Part shown: positions 22,688 through 34,995 of the stretch, piece by piece
Layout of the letters: each line of letters opens with the position of its first letter
How positions within the stretch are numbered: the stretch's first letter is position 1
DNA from: Lophium mytilinum
Lineage: Eukaryota
Assembly: GCA_010093605.1 (NCBI GenBank)
Contig: MU004194.1
Coordinates: 1,216,323 to 1,280,322 of the forward strand
DNA: 64,000 nt
Reading direction: 5' to 3'
Notes under the pieces: model-generated
Seen by the model: only the letters and a program-made list of their open reading frames with translations
What the model was told of the DNA's origin: nothing
The model's database searches: none
Translations under genes and position numbers: made by a program

Positions 22688-23806
22688 TTATTTGAACGGT
22701 GGTAGGTCAGACGTGCTGTCGTCGAGGCTCACGGCGCTCATTGGTTGACTCCGAGCGCCGCTGAGATCGCCGCTGCCCGTCTTCCTTAAGGCCTGGCGCA
22801 TCGTCTCGATAGTTAGTTCTCCACCAAGGGGCGGGCTCTGAGCACCTTGTGCAGTGGTCGGGCTTCCAGGGACTCGGGCACCCTTGGACGTCAGATCTAG
22901 CCCCTTCACCGATGCGGCTCCACTCGTTGGCGGAGAGACGCTGAATCCATGGGACGACGTGGGCGATCGCACCGGGGAAGGCGAGCGGTTGGTTGCTGTG
23001 GAGGACAGGCTCATGAGATGCGTTGCATCGCGGTTGTTCTCAGCGTGCTCGGCTTGGACGACGTCTGCAAAGGAGATGAAGCTCAGACGGCGGACGTCGG
23101 TCGTGTCCAGGGACCCGTAATTGGAGGCCGTGTCGTCGGTATCTTGGTGGTTGAAGAAGTCGTCTTGAAGCGGGGAGTGCAGCGAGTCGCTCATGCCTCC
23201 TCCAACGACAGATGCCGATGCGGGCTGATGGGCCGAATGCATCACAATCTCGACTTCATCCGGATTCAGGTGGTCGTCGGTGATGGCCAGCGACGAAGCC
23301 TCCAGCACCGGCGGTATGTGATCCTCGGTTTGTATGTGAGCCGGGATCGCTGGGGACAGCTCGCCGGCTAACGTGTTCTCTTGCACGTTGCGTTCGAATA
23401 TCTGCGACGAGGCAGGGGAATGCAGTCCGGGCGACGAGGAGCGATACCGCCGGCTCGGTGATGCTGCATTCGCAGGGTAGATGCGGGGGCTGCCCCGGGG
23501 GGATGCCCTGTGGTCTTGAGGAGAGTGTAGCGGCGACACAGGCCTCATGGCGGAGGCCGACGACAGGTGGTCCGCGTGGAGGGTTGGGACGGCAGGAGGA
23601 GGCATGTCGGCGCCATTGCCTGGAGCAGACTTCTCGGGCTCCTTCTTCTTCCCCAAGGCGAGTATCTTGCGCTTGCCCTTGGCCAGCAGCCCTGGCTGTT
23701 CACTGCTGTCGTCGGCGGGCTTGGTTTCGCTCAGCAGCGGGACTGAGGAGTTGCGTGGGCTGGGGGCGCGCGGAGGCGTTGGTTGCGGATTCTCGAGGGC
23801 ACTCAT
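22688..23806 (-). CDS. Hypothetical Ser/Pro-rich protein
   Basis: Long ORF with coding-like composition and motif-like blocks (QIFERNVQ, TEDHIPPVLEASS, DVRRLSFISFADVVQAEH, ETMRQALRKT). Probable start MSALENP at 23806. Confidence 0.75.
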   Translation of the reverse strand: MSALENPQPTPPRAPSPRNSSVPLLSETKPADDSSEQPGLLAKGKRKILALGKKKEPEKSAPGNGADMPPPAVPTLHADHLSSASAMRPVSPLHSPQDHRASPRGSPRIYPANAASPSRRYRSSSPGLHSPASSQIFERNVQENTLAGELSPAIPAHIQTEDHIPPVLEASSLAITDDHLNPDEVEIVMHSAHQPASASVVGGGMSDSLHSPLQDDFFNHQDTDDTASNYGSLDTTDVRRLSFISFADVVQAEHAENNRDATHLMSLSSTATNRSPSPVRSPTSSHGFSVSPPTSGAASVKGLDLTSKGARVPGSPTTAQGAQSPPLGGELTIETMRQALRKTGSGDLSGARSQPMSAVSLDDSTSDLPPFK

Positions 23807-24359
23807 TTGAGCGCCTGGCAGCAATGGCGGGAGTTGCAGTGGCAGCGGTGGTGATGCGTGTTCTGCCACAGATTGCTGAAACCTGGGCTCGGTGATGCAG
23901 GTGGCTTTGAGGGGTGCGGCGGGGAGAGGGGTGGTGCGAGACCGGCTGAGTACGGCTGGAACAGCGTGGAGCACGAGGATAGAGGCAAGCAGTAGGACGA
24001 CGGCGTAGTGTTGCGATACGGTTGGTGGTGGTACTGAATGGAGGGCGCTGTGGACGACAGTGGTCTTTCTAGAGGACGGAGAGAGGGGAGACGTCATCTG
24101 CCGGCCGAAAACAGAAAGATGGGATGGCCAGGGTCCATCCATCACAGCCTCCACTATCCCTATCCTCGATCATCGATGCCGCCAGCTTCGCATAGATAGG
24201 ACACTGAGCACGAGACCACAGCCAATTGTTCGAATTACAACTCCCCGTTTATAGAACCGCCGCTCAACGCACCCTCGCGCGGTGAAAAACCCGCCCCAGG
24301 CGGACACCACCAAGCTACTTGTATCCCGATCTCGACGAAACCCCCGCCTGGAAACTCGC

Positions 24360-25728
24360 TCAGTACAATTTATCGTAACTATAACACAGCACTCCTCCCA
24401 TTATGTCCATCGTGTCCCGCACACTGACATTCTTTGCGTTCACCCCAACGCTCATCTGGAAGTCGAGGGTTACGTTTCCTCCCAGTGTATTGTTGTAATC
24501 CATCAGGTTAATAGGCCCCGAAATGTCCCGAAGTCGCTTGGACAGGTCCCGTACTTGCCAGCTCCACCACACACGGTCAAGGTTCGCGTGATGCATCCTA
24601 TAACACGTCAGAATACATCAGTGAAGACTCACAAGAGGGGGTTGAAAAAGCAACTAGAGTCTTACCAGAATATAGGATCAGCTGGGCTGGCGTATAGATC
24701 TCCCATCTGGCCGTAGGTACCGCCGACACCGTAACTGCAATAGCACCACCGTCAGCCCAATCTCTGTATAGGATGCATATCTCGGAAGCAACTTACTGCC
24801 CACCACCGTGCACGCCAGACGCATCAAAACTAGGACCGCCCTCTACAACCTTATCGAACCATCCAAAATCGGGTTGCGACAGAGTCAGCCTGGTTTGATT
24901 CATTCCCAGATAACGGCCCGCAAAATACGGCGATAAGTCTCGCGACAGGCATCGCGGGTTTCCGGACACTGAATCGTGAGGGCCCATCCGGACTGTCATG
25001 TTTTGAAATGCCCCATCAGCAACGCAACCACCGCCGGTGCGCCCTGGAACTTCGAAGGGGTCCGATTGATTGACGGGTATTAAGGGTCCATTCTTCCCGA
25101 AGCCATCCACAGGGTCGAATACCGGCGATTTTGTCCAGTCTGACGCGTGCTTCGCGTCAATTGTCCAATCCCAATAGGGCTGTGCGCCGCTGTAGCCACA
25201 TTCATCTCGCAGACTCTTCTCGTACACGCCTGTAAACCATCGGTGCCACGGCAAGAAGTGGCCCTAGATTTTCCGATTAGCCAATGGGCTGCCATGCATA
25301 ATACGAAGCCTTTACTTACCACGTAGTGAATTGAGAACGTCTGGAGAACGTGGGTGGCGACAATATCATCATATCGAGAAACCACTCCTGGCGCATCGGA
25401 TTTCGGAGTAATGGCTGGTTTGACCAAGAAGCATTGCACCGCCTCCAGGTAGCGGGCCTTTTCAACTTTGCTCAAAGTACGCCTGCCAAAGAACGTGAGC
25501 AACAGTCTCTTCTCTGACGGAACGCTTAGGGGTAATATCAACGCTGGAGGGCACTCACCACTCTTTCCGGACGATAGGTTTTTTGCAAGTCAATCCGCGC
25601 TCATAGTTCCATGGATCCCGATGAACTGGAGAAGCCACAGCATGAGCTAGCACCACGCAGTATGTTAGGACTAGGAAGATTATCGAAACGCCTGGGCCGC
25701 CACACTTTTGAAGACATCGAAAAGCCAT
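24360..25728 (-). CDS. Tyrosinase-like di-copper protein (multi-exon, probably secreted)
   Basis: VRKEWRTLS, RYDDIVATH, IHYVGHFLPWHRWF, ECGYSGAQPYWDW, VHGGGH and MHHANLDRVWWSWQ provide the CuA/CuB histidines. Hydrophobic N-terminus. Confidence 0.88.
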
Positions 25729-26986
25729 GGTATGGGACAACAAAGTCACCGAGAGATTCTACCAGGTCAGTTTTTCTGCAGCTTACTCTGCGCTTTCCTG
25801 GTCCCCGGGAACTATCAAGAGCGTAAATGAGGGTGTCCGTGTTCGTTCCCGATGCAATGGCAGGCAAAGCGATTGCTGAAGGGCCAGCAAGCCAAGGCTC
25901 CAAGGCGTAAGGGTCTGCGTGAAACCCTGGGGTCTAGGGTAAAAGAAAGCTGCAGACGAGATTGTGTTGATAATTTAGCATTTATCCCGAACCCATGCAC
26001 ACACCTTTGGATTTATCGGCGCTGCTACGCAGTGCACGAAGTGGCTTGATCATGAGATGAGTAGCTCACATCCTGACGTTTGGACTTGCTATCAGACATT
26101 TTTCCATTCAAACCTGCAATTGGTATGAGAGACACCAGAAATACATTGGTGCTGGTGTACTGCTCTGAACTCAGCTGCTCTCTCCCCTGTCACGACACCG
26201 GAGCGTGCAGGTGGCGTACACCCCCTGCATTTCCGCGAAGCTGAGGTACCCCGTCTTATGATCCTCCGGGCCCTCCTCCGGGCCTTGGTACCTTCCAAGA
26301 GAGACCGTGAGCCCCGCGCCTTCATCTCTCTTCTGAATGTACTCTGCAACCTTCTCCTCCAATTATTCCTTGCGCGAGGCCAGGACGCTGGCGTTCTGCT
26401 CAGCAAAAGGCGGCTATTCTTGACCCAGATTAAGCTCTTTAGTTTGCACGTTTGACGCTGTCTGAGATGGGCTGACGAGTCTACGAGACCTCATGTTGCT
26501 CAAGCTTGAATTCCGTGATGCTTGTGCGTTCGAAAGCGCATGTTATCAGGCCCCTTGTCCAGATTGCGCGGTTTCTGGTCACAATGCTATGATTGGCTCT
26601 TCTTCATCCATGCGATCCGACCCGTCCTCGGGAGCTATGCTCTTCACGGCACGGCTATGTTGAAGGGAGAGCGCCCTTGTTTAGGACTTGCAGCATGATT
26701 CCAGGGTGGAGGCATAACGAGAACTGCAGCGTCTCTGTCCATTTCTCATATTTCGGGGCTCCTTTGCCCGTTACTTCACGCGGCCTGCCGGTCATCGCAC
26801 TCACGCCAGTTTTTGTTAAATTGGGTTTGCTAGCCCAAAGCTCGATTTCTTCATATCTCCATGCCTGCTTACTAGATCTCATACAATTTACTATTCTGCC
26901 ATTCTTACTATCCTCCACTGAGATTCTGTGAATCAGCAGTTGAACGAACGTTGCAACAAGCATCAGTACCCGTTTACTTATTTACC

Positions 26987-28253
26987 ATGGCGCCGCAAGC
27001 TCTCGGTCCAACCGTTGAGACAACGGCATTTACACTAACGTCAATTTCGACCATTGTCGTTGCTACTCGGTACGTTCATTTCCATAGCTGTATAGTGGTA
27101 GCGTTCTTGAGCCTGACAATTCTCTGCAAGATTCTATTGCCGCTACTATGTAGTCGGTGCAATCAAAATATACGATTTGGTTATGTTGGCAGCGCTGGTA
27201 AGCTTCACAAGCAACTGGCTTCCGTCGCCTTCGTGCTAACGGTAACTCTTGTACTTGGTAGATTTGTACCTGGGGAATCTGCACCATCAATGTTTATCAG
27301 ATTCGATTTGGTACCGGGAGGCACATGGAAGATCAGCCGTCGGTATGTAAACTTTCCACTCGCCTGTTGCCACATTTGCTTACGATTCAATCTAGGGTGA
27401 TCCAACTGTGCTCCTCGAAGGAACTTTGAAAACGTGGTACGTCTACCAACTGGCGTACCTTGTGGACCTATCTCTCGTCAAATTCTCCATCCTCGTCTTC
27501 TATCGAAGCATTGCCGCGCGAAAAGTGTTCCGCTATGTCGTAGACACCACTATCGGGGTCGTCGCGGCCTTTACCGTTGCCATGGTGTTTGTCAACGCCT
27601 TTGAATGCCCAAAGCCATCCGACGCTTGGTCTGTCGAGATTTTGTTTCAGGGTTCAGGATCCTGTATCGATTTGCACCCGCTCTATTATGGACAAGCCGC
27701 TTTCAACATCCTCTCCGACGTTGTGATCCTCACACTACCAATCCCCGTCTTGATGAGGCTCCAAATGCACAAGAACAAGCGCCTAGCGCTCGTTGGTATC
27801 TTTTCGATTGGCTTTATAGCGGTCGTTGCCTCTACTATCCGAGTGTATGCTCTGCACGTCTGGGCCACGGGGACGGACACTCCGTATAATGCCGCATACA
27901 TTCTTGTTTGGTCCCAGATCGAGATCAACGCCGCTATCGTCTCAGCCTCCATCCCGTCCCTAAAGCCTCTCTTCAGACATACCTTTGGTGGCACCACGAG
28001 AAACACAACCGCCAACTATTATAGCGGCCGGAGTGGCGGCAGCAAGCCTATCGGTTCGGCTACATCCGCTGCTGTAGCCCTAAAAAGTCTGCCTTCATCA
28101 GCTACCATGACATCGTCACATACTCATAAGCTATATCCCGTCTTCGGAAATGAGAGCGACGAGAAACTGTTCTGCAAGAAGCTGACCAACACAAAAGGGG
28201 AGAGTGATGACGACGTCGAAAGCCAGCGGACAAGAGATCAAGGACCGTCGTAA
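26987..28253 (+). CDS. PTH11-like integral membrane GPCR (rhodopsin domain, no CFEM)
   Basis: LVKFSILVFYR, AFNILSDVVILTLPIP, KRLALVGIFSIG, WSQIEINAAIVSASIPSLKPLF. Short GT-AG introns in the 5' part. Confidence 0.88.
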
Positions 28254-28932
28254 CGTGTAAATCGTCGGTTTGGGGCACAGACTAAGCGATCGCTTATCTA
28301 TGACTGAGTGGAACGAGGAGGCGTACATGAAGCCAGACTTGGCACAGGCACATTCACAACGTACTGAGTAGGGTGTCTGCTCTGTAGAGTTCATCGAGGC
28401 GAGCACAGTACTGAGATGAAAGAATGGTAAGCTGGAGTTATCACTTCTATATCGATATGGCGCAACGCTAATTAATCTAGTCAGCCTCTGCACGCTGGGA
28501 GAAGGTTGGGAGGTCAGCCGCGGACTCAAAGGGAAGGAGACGAACGCATGAAGAAGGGAACACACGTTGTTTCATGTACCGCGTCGGGAGCCTACCTTTG
28601 AAGGGTGTTGAATTTGTTTCTTTCCTCGCACTACCTACAATTTTCTTGACGTCATCGAAGCCCCGCTGGCCGTGGCCTTAGATTTTCACACTCTAAAACC
28701 GAGAGATGGCAATGAAGGCCTCAATGTAAAATTGTACTCTGTAAACAAGGCTGCTAAGGATCCTAGGATTTGATGCGTCCTCGTAAACACCGACTGCCGA
28801 CATTGGTACCTGCATGAACGACACCATCAATCGGGATTAGTGCCCCTCATCACATCGTCACCCAGTCGCAGTATTTAGTGCGACCACCGCGTCTACGTCT
28901 CTCTACTACAAACCATCAAAGCGAATCTTGCC

Positions 28933-31083
28933 ATGAGCCGAAGCTCTTTCCACTGGCTCTCTACGTCGTTGCCAATAGACATCTTCATTATTGCCGCGAC
29001 TAGTTCTCTCTCGTCAGGCCCCTCGAATTATTCTCTTCAAGTAGCAGCATGGCTACTTCTCAAGGATGTGCGCGCACATTGTCGTGACCCGACCGCGCTT
29101 ACCGACTCCTTGTTGTTCTTGGCACAGGTCGTATGGACTTGGAGGACTCTTTTGAAGAGTTACATTGTGGGCCTCTGGTCGGTTAAACCGAGAGGTAGCC
29201 CGTTGTCGTTATTGTCTACTTCCATAATCTTCGTACTGAGCATTGTAATCTATATAGGGATTTCCTACCGTTTTGGGTTGAGAGCTCGGCGTCTCGGTGG
29301 TTCAATCGATCTGGATGATCAAATAAAGAATGGCGCGTCAAGCGACGGTAATCCTAAATCACGGTTGAAGCCGCTGATATTCCCATGTCGTACAACACAT
29401 ACACGAACCTTCCCAAAACGTCATTCATTCGAGTATTCTTATCTCCTTGTGGGTGTTCCCGTTCCTTGGAATGGGATTAAGACTGGAATCCTCTCAACAG
29501 ATCAGGAAGATACCTCGAAACGCAGCAGAAAAGGATGGCTGCAGATTAGGGCTGAGGACTATTTGGAACGAGGAGGTGCGGAGCTAGGGCTTCACGGGAA
29601 GCTAAGAGAGACTTTGAAAGCTCAGGTACGTTTGCGTCTCACTTCTAGGGACCAGAAGAACTCACAGTAGACAGGGGGTCGATGACGACGAATGGCATGA
29701 AGCTTACTTGGTTACTGCCTCTCGAGTGCTAGGCTATTCTTTTAACCCGGTCTCATTTTGGTATATCTATGGACATGACCAAACCCTGAAAATGATGATC
29801 CTGGAGGTCAACAACACATTTGACGAACGACGAATATACCTACTGCGTGCCCAGCCGTCGGGCGGTACAGACCCCAACGATATGAGTACGACAAGCAAAT
29901 TCCGCAATGTCTGGCAAAAGGATTTTCATGTATCCCCTTTCAATTCTCTCAAGGGCTCGTACTCCCTGAAAACAACAGATCCGTTCAATGCGGGAAGCTC
30001 GACCGTGGACATCGACAACACCATAACCCTGATGTCTTCTAAGAATCACGCGAAACTGGTCGCAAGAATTTTCTCCATAGGATCACCCCTTGACCCAGAT
30101 ACTTTCAGTGGATGGGATACATTCTGCTTTATGCTACAATACTGGTGGATTGGGCTAGTAACATTTCCACGGATTGTTCGCGAAGCAACGAAACTGTTTT
30201 TCGTACGAAGCCTGCATGTCTGGTTTAGACCAGAGGTAGCGTTGACGAGCATTGGGAGGAATGCGTCGAAAGAAGAGATGTGAGTAATAAGCCACGGGTA
30301 GAGGACTTGGGACTGACACTTGAAAGAATACTTGAGCGATTTTTCGAACATTATCTTTCCTCACTAGTCGACCGTGTCACAGTGCCGCTACGAGTCACGT
30401 ACAAATCAACTCTTTCGAAGACTACCAAGGAATTTACGTCGGCCAGCGTGAGTTCGACATCGAGTGTTCCACTCAAGTATATGGAGATTCGAGTTCTTTC
30501 CCCAGCATTCTACTCGCGCTTCATTCACTACGCACACACGTCGGAGGCATTCGACCGTGAGTGCCTATGCACCGACCAGCGCAATCGCACAATGTCGCTC
30601 TCAAACCCGGAGAATCTGCCGCTGCTGTTGCCGAAACGCGCAGGATATGAAGATGCCAAACGTGGCTGGGTGGACAGCATACGATGGTCTGCACTTCGTA
30701 GACTACGCTGTGCGCCTGGGGCGCCTGCTTATCCCATCATACCAATTCAGCCGACCGCGAGCTCGAAAGAGGACATCAGAAAGCTCCCGTTCTCAGATAT
30801 GGACCTCTTTATGCAGAATTCTTGCGAGGATGTGGGCCTGTATCGGAGGACTGCTATAGGGGTATTTCTGGCTCGGAGATTTGCCTTTGGATTCACCGAA
30901 CTTCTCGGCGCTGCTGATATGCTTCTGAGGGCACTTCTGATAGTCGGGCTTATGCCGGCGGCCTCGAGTCTGCAAGACGAAAGTCAGGCTGACGGCGGGG
31001 AAGGGCAGTTGATGGCGTTGATGGGTGCCGCAATCAAGGTCAGCGCGGTGCATGCGTGGTCATGCTTGAAAGGGGTGGTGTGA
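28933..31083 (+). CDS. DUF1365 family protein (3 exons)
   Basis: TTHTRTFPKRHSFEYSYL, LGYSFNPVSFWYIY, MILEVNNTFDERRIY, KDFHVSPFN. Confidence 0.85.
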
Positions 31084-31553
31084 GGGATTAACAGCGTCTG
31101 AGCAACGTCTCAAAGTAGACTACATGATGTTACGCCTAGCAGGCTGGTTGCTCGATCACTTGGGTGATGCCACCATCTTCAGCGTCCCGATGACAAGTAG
31201 TGAATGCCGGCTTATGAAGCAGTAATTCAATGCCAGACATCTCCACGAGAACGATATCGGAGTGGCGAAACAGACAGCATCTAAAGCAGAGCAGGATGCT
31301 ACCGTGATGTTTAGTTACAGGCCGTTGGACCCTGGCGACTCATGCTGGAGAATCGATAGCCGAGGTGCTGGGCGGCCGATTCACCTTCATCCGGGGAGGT
31401 CCAGGCCTGGTGCGGCTACGGCATACTGCAGTGGAGGCTTGGTCACTCCAATAACATCACCGCATGTCATGGGACTATTCAGTAGAAGAGCGTTTTCGCC
31501 TCGCTCCAAGGTTCGGCCAACTCCTCAGCTTCGACATGGGCTATGTAAGCACC

Positions 31554-31807
31554 CACGCGGGTGACACATTAAGCGATACACCAAAACTACTTACCCTCTT
31601 CAACCACAAATTACACCAAGATTTTGCAAGACAGCCACTTCCAAAAATCGATATTTACAGTCTCCAGAAGCAGCTCAAATACATGGTACTTTTCTTATCA
31701 ATCAATTCGTGCTTTTGGTGGCTGTAGAGCGTCGTGTTGTTGGGAGACTTTTGCTGATCTAAGCGGTTTTGGTGGTTTGGTGTATCGCTTAATGTGTCAC
31801 CCGCGTG
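31554..31807. mobile_element. MITE / non-autonomous DNA transposon, 254 bp, 32-bp perfect TIRs, 5-bp TSD GCACC
   Basis: CACGCGGGTGACACATTAAGCGATACACCAAA (31554-31585) is the exact reverse complement of 31776-31807. GCACC occurs at 31549-31553 and 31808-31812. The interior has no recognisable coding capacity. Confidence 0.85.
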
Positions 31808-32219
31808 GCACCGTCTGCCGTCAGTCCACTCGCTGCCGTCGGAGTTGCGTCCGCGGTTATGGCTTTCTAGAGTTCGTGGATCTGCACTGCCGCCCGTGCA
31901 GTCTGCCGTACTCGTGCGCATTCCTCCACCAGCCTCGTTCTCCGCCTCCGCTTCACATGCCAGACACGCCCTGACCGCCATGCGTCGAGCAGGAGGGCAC
32001 GAGACCAGCACTCACATGCAAGCAGCACTCCATCTCAAACCGCACCGCACTGCACCACCGCCGGCGTGCGGCTCGCCAATTCACCAAACTGCCCCGCCGC
32101 GCAGCCAACCGCAGCTTGCACCCATTGCGCAGGACGTCATTTGCGCGTGCACGTGAAGCTCGTCCGGGGAGGGGCGCGAGCTGTGTGGCCTGCTAGTCAG
32201 TGGGATGCCTCCCTTTGGG

Positions 32220-32310
32220 CCGAGGGCCATCAATCGCCGCCAGAAGCCAGGAAGCCTCCGCCTCGCCCAGCTGCTCCTCTCATCCTCGATGCGCCGGACG
32301 TGCCCCTCGG
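32220..32310. promoter_or_regulatory. Two CCTCGG/CCGAGG (FarA/Ctf1-type) motifs upstream of isocitrate lyase
   Basis: CCGAGG at 32220-32225 and CCTCGG at 32305-32310. This hexamer is the known FarA/FarB fatty-acid-response core in Aspergillus glyoxylate and beta-oxidation promoters. Confidence 0.5.
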
Positions 32311-32590
32311 CCCAATGGTCCAGTGCTCCAGATGTGATGCCTCTGGCCCGATGTTTCCCGACAATATGACTGGGTGGAATGTACGTTGCCCTTCTAATAG
32401 ACTGCCCTCTCCCGCCGAGCTTGCTCTGCCCATTACGTCTTCCTGTCCATTCTTTGACTGAAGTGACTGAAACTTTTCCACCTCCGCTTTCTTTGATACA
32501 AGTGCTGCCCTGATACTCTATACCCTCCACCTCCGCCCTGCAGAGCTACCCTTCTCAAGCTCCGCATAACTAAAGATACCGAAAGACACC

Positions 32591-34543
32591 ATGGCGTCGT
32601 ACCTGGATGCCGAGGAGCAGAAGTACCTGGACGAGGTGCAAGCTGTCAAGCAGTGGTGGTCCGACTCGAGATGGCGCTTCACCAAGCGGCCCTTTACTGC
32701 TGAGCAGATTGTGGCTAAGCGAGGCACCATTAAACTCACATACCCCAGCAACGATCTATCGAAAAAACTGTGGCAGACGGTAGAGCAAAGATTCAAGGTA
32801 GACCCCCAAGAGATTCATTCAAAAGCAGCTGCTGACATCTGTGTAGAATAAAGAAGCTAGCTTCACCTATGGCTGTTTGGACCCCGTCATGGTCACTCAG
32901 ATGGCCAAGTACCTGGATACTGTCTACGTTTCCGGCTGGCAGTGCTCTTCAACCGCCTCGTCAACAGATGAGCCCGGCCCAGATCTCGCGGATTACCCTA
33001 TGGCAAGTCCCATGTACACGAGGACCTTTTCAAATACTAATAATCTCTAGACTACCGTCCCAAACAAAGTTCAACATCTCTTCATGGCACAACTTTTTCA
33101 CGACCGAAAGCAACGCGAGGAACGACTTACCACTCCCAAGGCGAACCGGTCAAAGGTTGCCAATACCGACTTCCTGCGACCCATTGTTGCCGACGCAGAC
33201 ACCGGACATGGTGGCCTGACAGCCATCATGAAGCTCACGAAGCTGTTCATCGAAAAGGGCGCTGCGGGTATTCACATTGAGGACCAGGCTCCAGGCACGA
33301 AGAAGTGTGGTCACATGGCGGGTAAAGTGCTGGTGCCCATCAGCGAGCATATCAACCGTCTTGTGGCAATAAGGGCACAGGCCGACATAATGGGTAAGTG
33401 GGATTCGTTCCAGGTACCCTCAGCTATTTTGTTGCTTTGCTACGAGTCACGCTTGACAACATATTTTTCTCAGTCCTCGACTTTTCGAGTTCCCTGTTTC
33501 TTCTGTTACCTGCTCAATTGTTGTGTTTTGAGCCAATTTAGAGTAGGAACACGTCTAACATGTGATAGGTACCGATCTCCTAGCGATTGCACGTACCGAC
33601 TCGGAAGCTGCAACGCTAATTACATCGACCATCGACCCCCGCGACCACTACTACATCCTGGGGAGCACAAACCCCGCGCTCCAACCTCTTTCGGAGCTCA
33701 TGTACTCGGCCGAGCAGGCCGGCAAGTCGGGTGACGAACTGCAAGCCATCGAGGATGCCTGGACTCGCGAGGCCAAGATCAAGCTCTTCCACGAGGCCGT
33801 GACCGACACCATCAACGCTGGTGTACATGTGAACAAGCAAGGCCTTATCCAAGAATTCCTATCTGCCTCCAAGGGCAAGAGCAATGCCGAGGCACGTGCC
33901 ATTGCAAAGGGCCTTACGGGCGTTGACGTTTACTTCAACTGGGAGGCTGCACGAACTCGCGAGGGCTACTATCGCTACAAGGGCGGCTGCGGCTGCGCCA
34001 TAAACCGCGCCATAGCATATGCGCCGTTTGCCGATTTGATCTGGATGGAGAGCAAGCTGCCCGATTATGAACAGGCCAAGGAGTTTGCCGAAGGTGTCCA
34101 TGCTGTTTGGCCCGAGCAAAAGTGAGTTCTGCTTTTCAAAACTTCGCTCTTTCATAACAAACGAAAATGCTAATACATTTTGCAGGCTCTCTTACAACCT
34201 CTCGCCTTCGTTCAACTGGAAAGCCGCTATGCCCCGCGACGAGCAGGAGACCTACATCCAGCGGCTGGCTAAGCTAGGCTACTGCTGGCAATTCATCACC
34301 CTCGCAGGTCTGCACCAGACGGCCCTCATGGCCGACACCTTCTCCAAGGCCTATGCCAAGAACGGCATGCGCGCCTATGGCGAGATCATCCAAGAGCCCG
34401 AGGCGGAGAACAAGGTCGACGTTCTTACTCACCAGAAGTGGTCTGGCGCGAATTACGTGGACAACATGCTGAAGATGGTCAGCGGCGGTGTCAGCAGCAC
34501 CGCCGCCATGGGCGCTGGCGTTACCGAGGACCAATTCAAGTAG
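32591..34543 (+). CDS. icl1: Isocitrate lyase (5 exons)
   Basis: Catalytic [45 protein letters not shown] and C-terminal GVTEDQFK. The second intron (33003-33050) is GC-AG. Confidence 0.97.
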
Positions 34544-34995
34544 TGTATAAACGGAGAGGTGGGCGTATAATTTGTAGAACATTTATAAAAGAGTTTGTTG
34601 CATCGCGGTATGCCAATCCTATTAGCCTTTGAAGTCCTCCTTGCTGTTTTGCTGCTTTCCTGACTCGTATGCATGCTCTCTCCGTCTACGTCCGCTTCAA
34701 TTCGTACTCCCATGCCACTATGGGTTGCGGTAAGAGGCTTTGAATTTTTGCTGTTTCTCCCCTAGTCACGTGCACGTATCACACGCGCGATGCACTGTTC
34801 CAACGATGAGGGAGGAGTGAAGTTCGAAGGCTTTCCCGCTATTGGCGGAGGTCTCCGTGCTGATATCAGACCCGCAAAGTCGGGAAAGTTCGGGTGGTTT
34901 ACGCACGGCACGTTAGGTATCCAGAGTTGTTCCGAAGCAACAATTTTGTCCGGTGATGATGCAATATTCCTCGACGTCGGCACTCTTTTTGATAT

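Noticed and set aside
24360..31083. Tyrosinase + PTH11 + DUF1365 as a secondary-metabolite or RiPP cluster
   Set aside because: No PKS, NRPS or terpene backbone, no DUF3328 gene and no repeated precursor peptide in the window.
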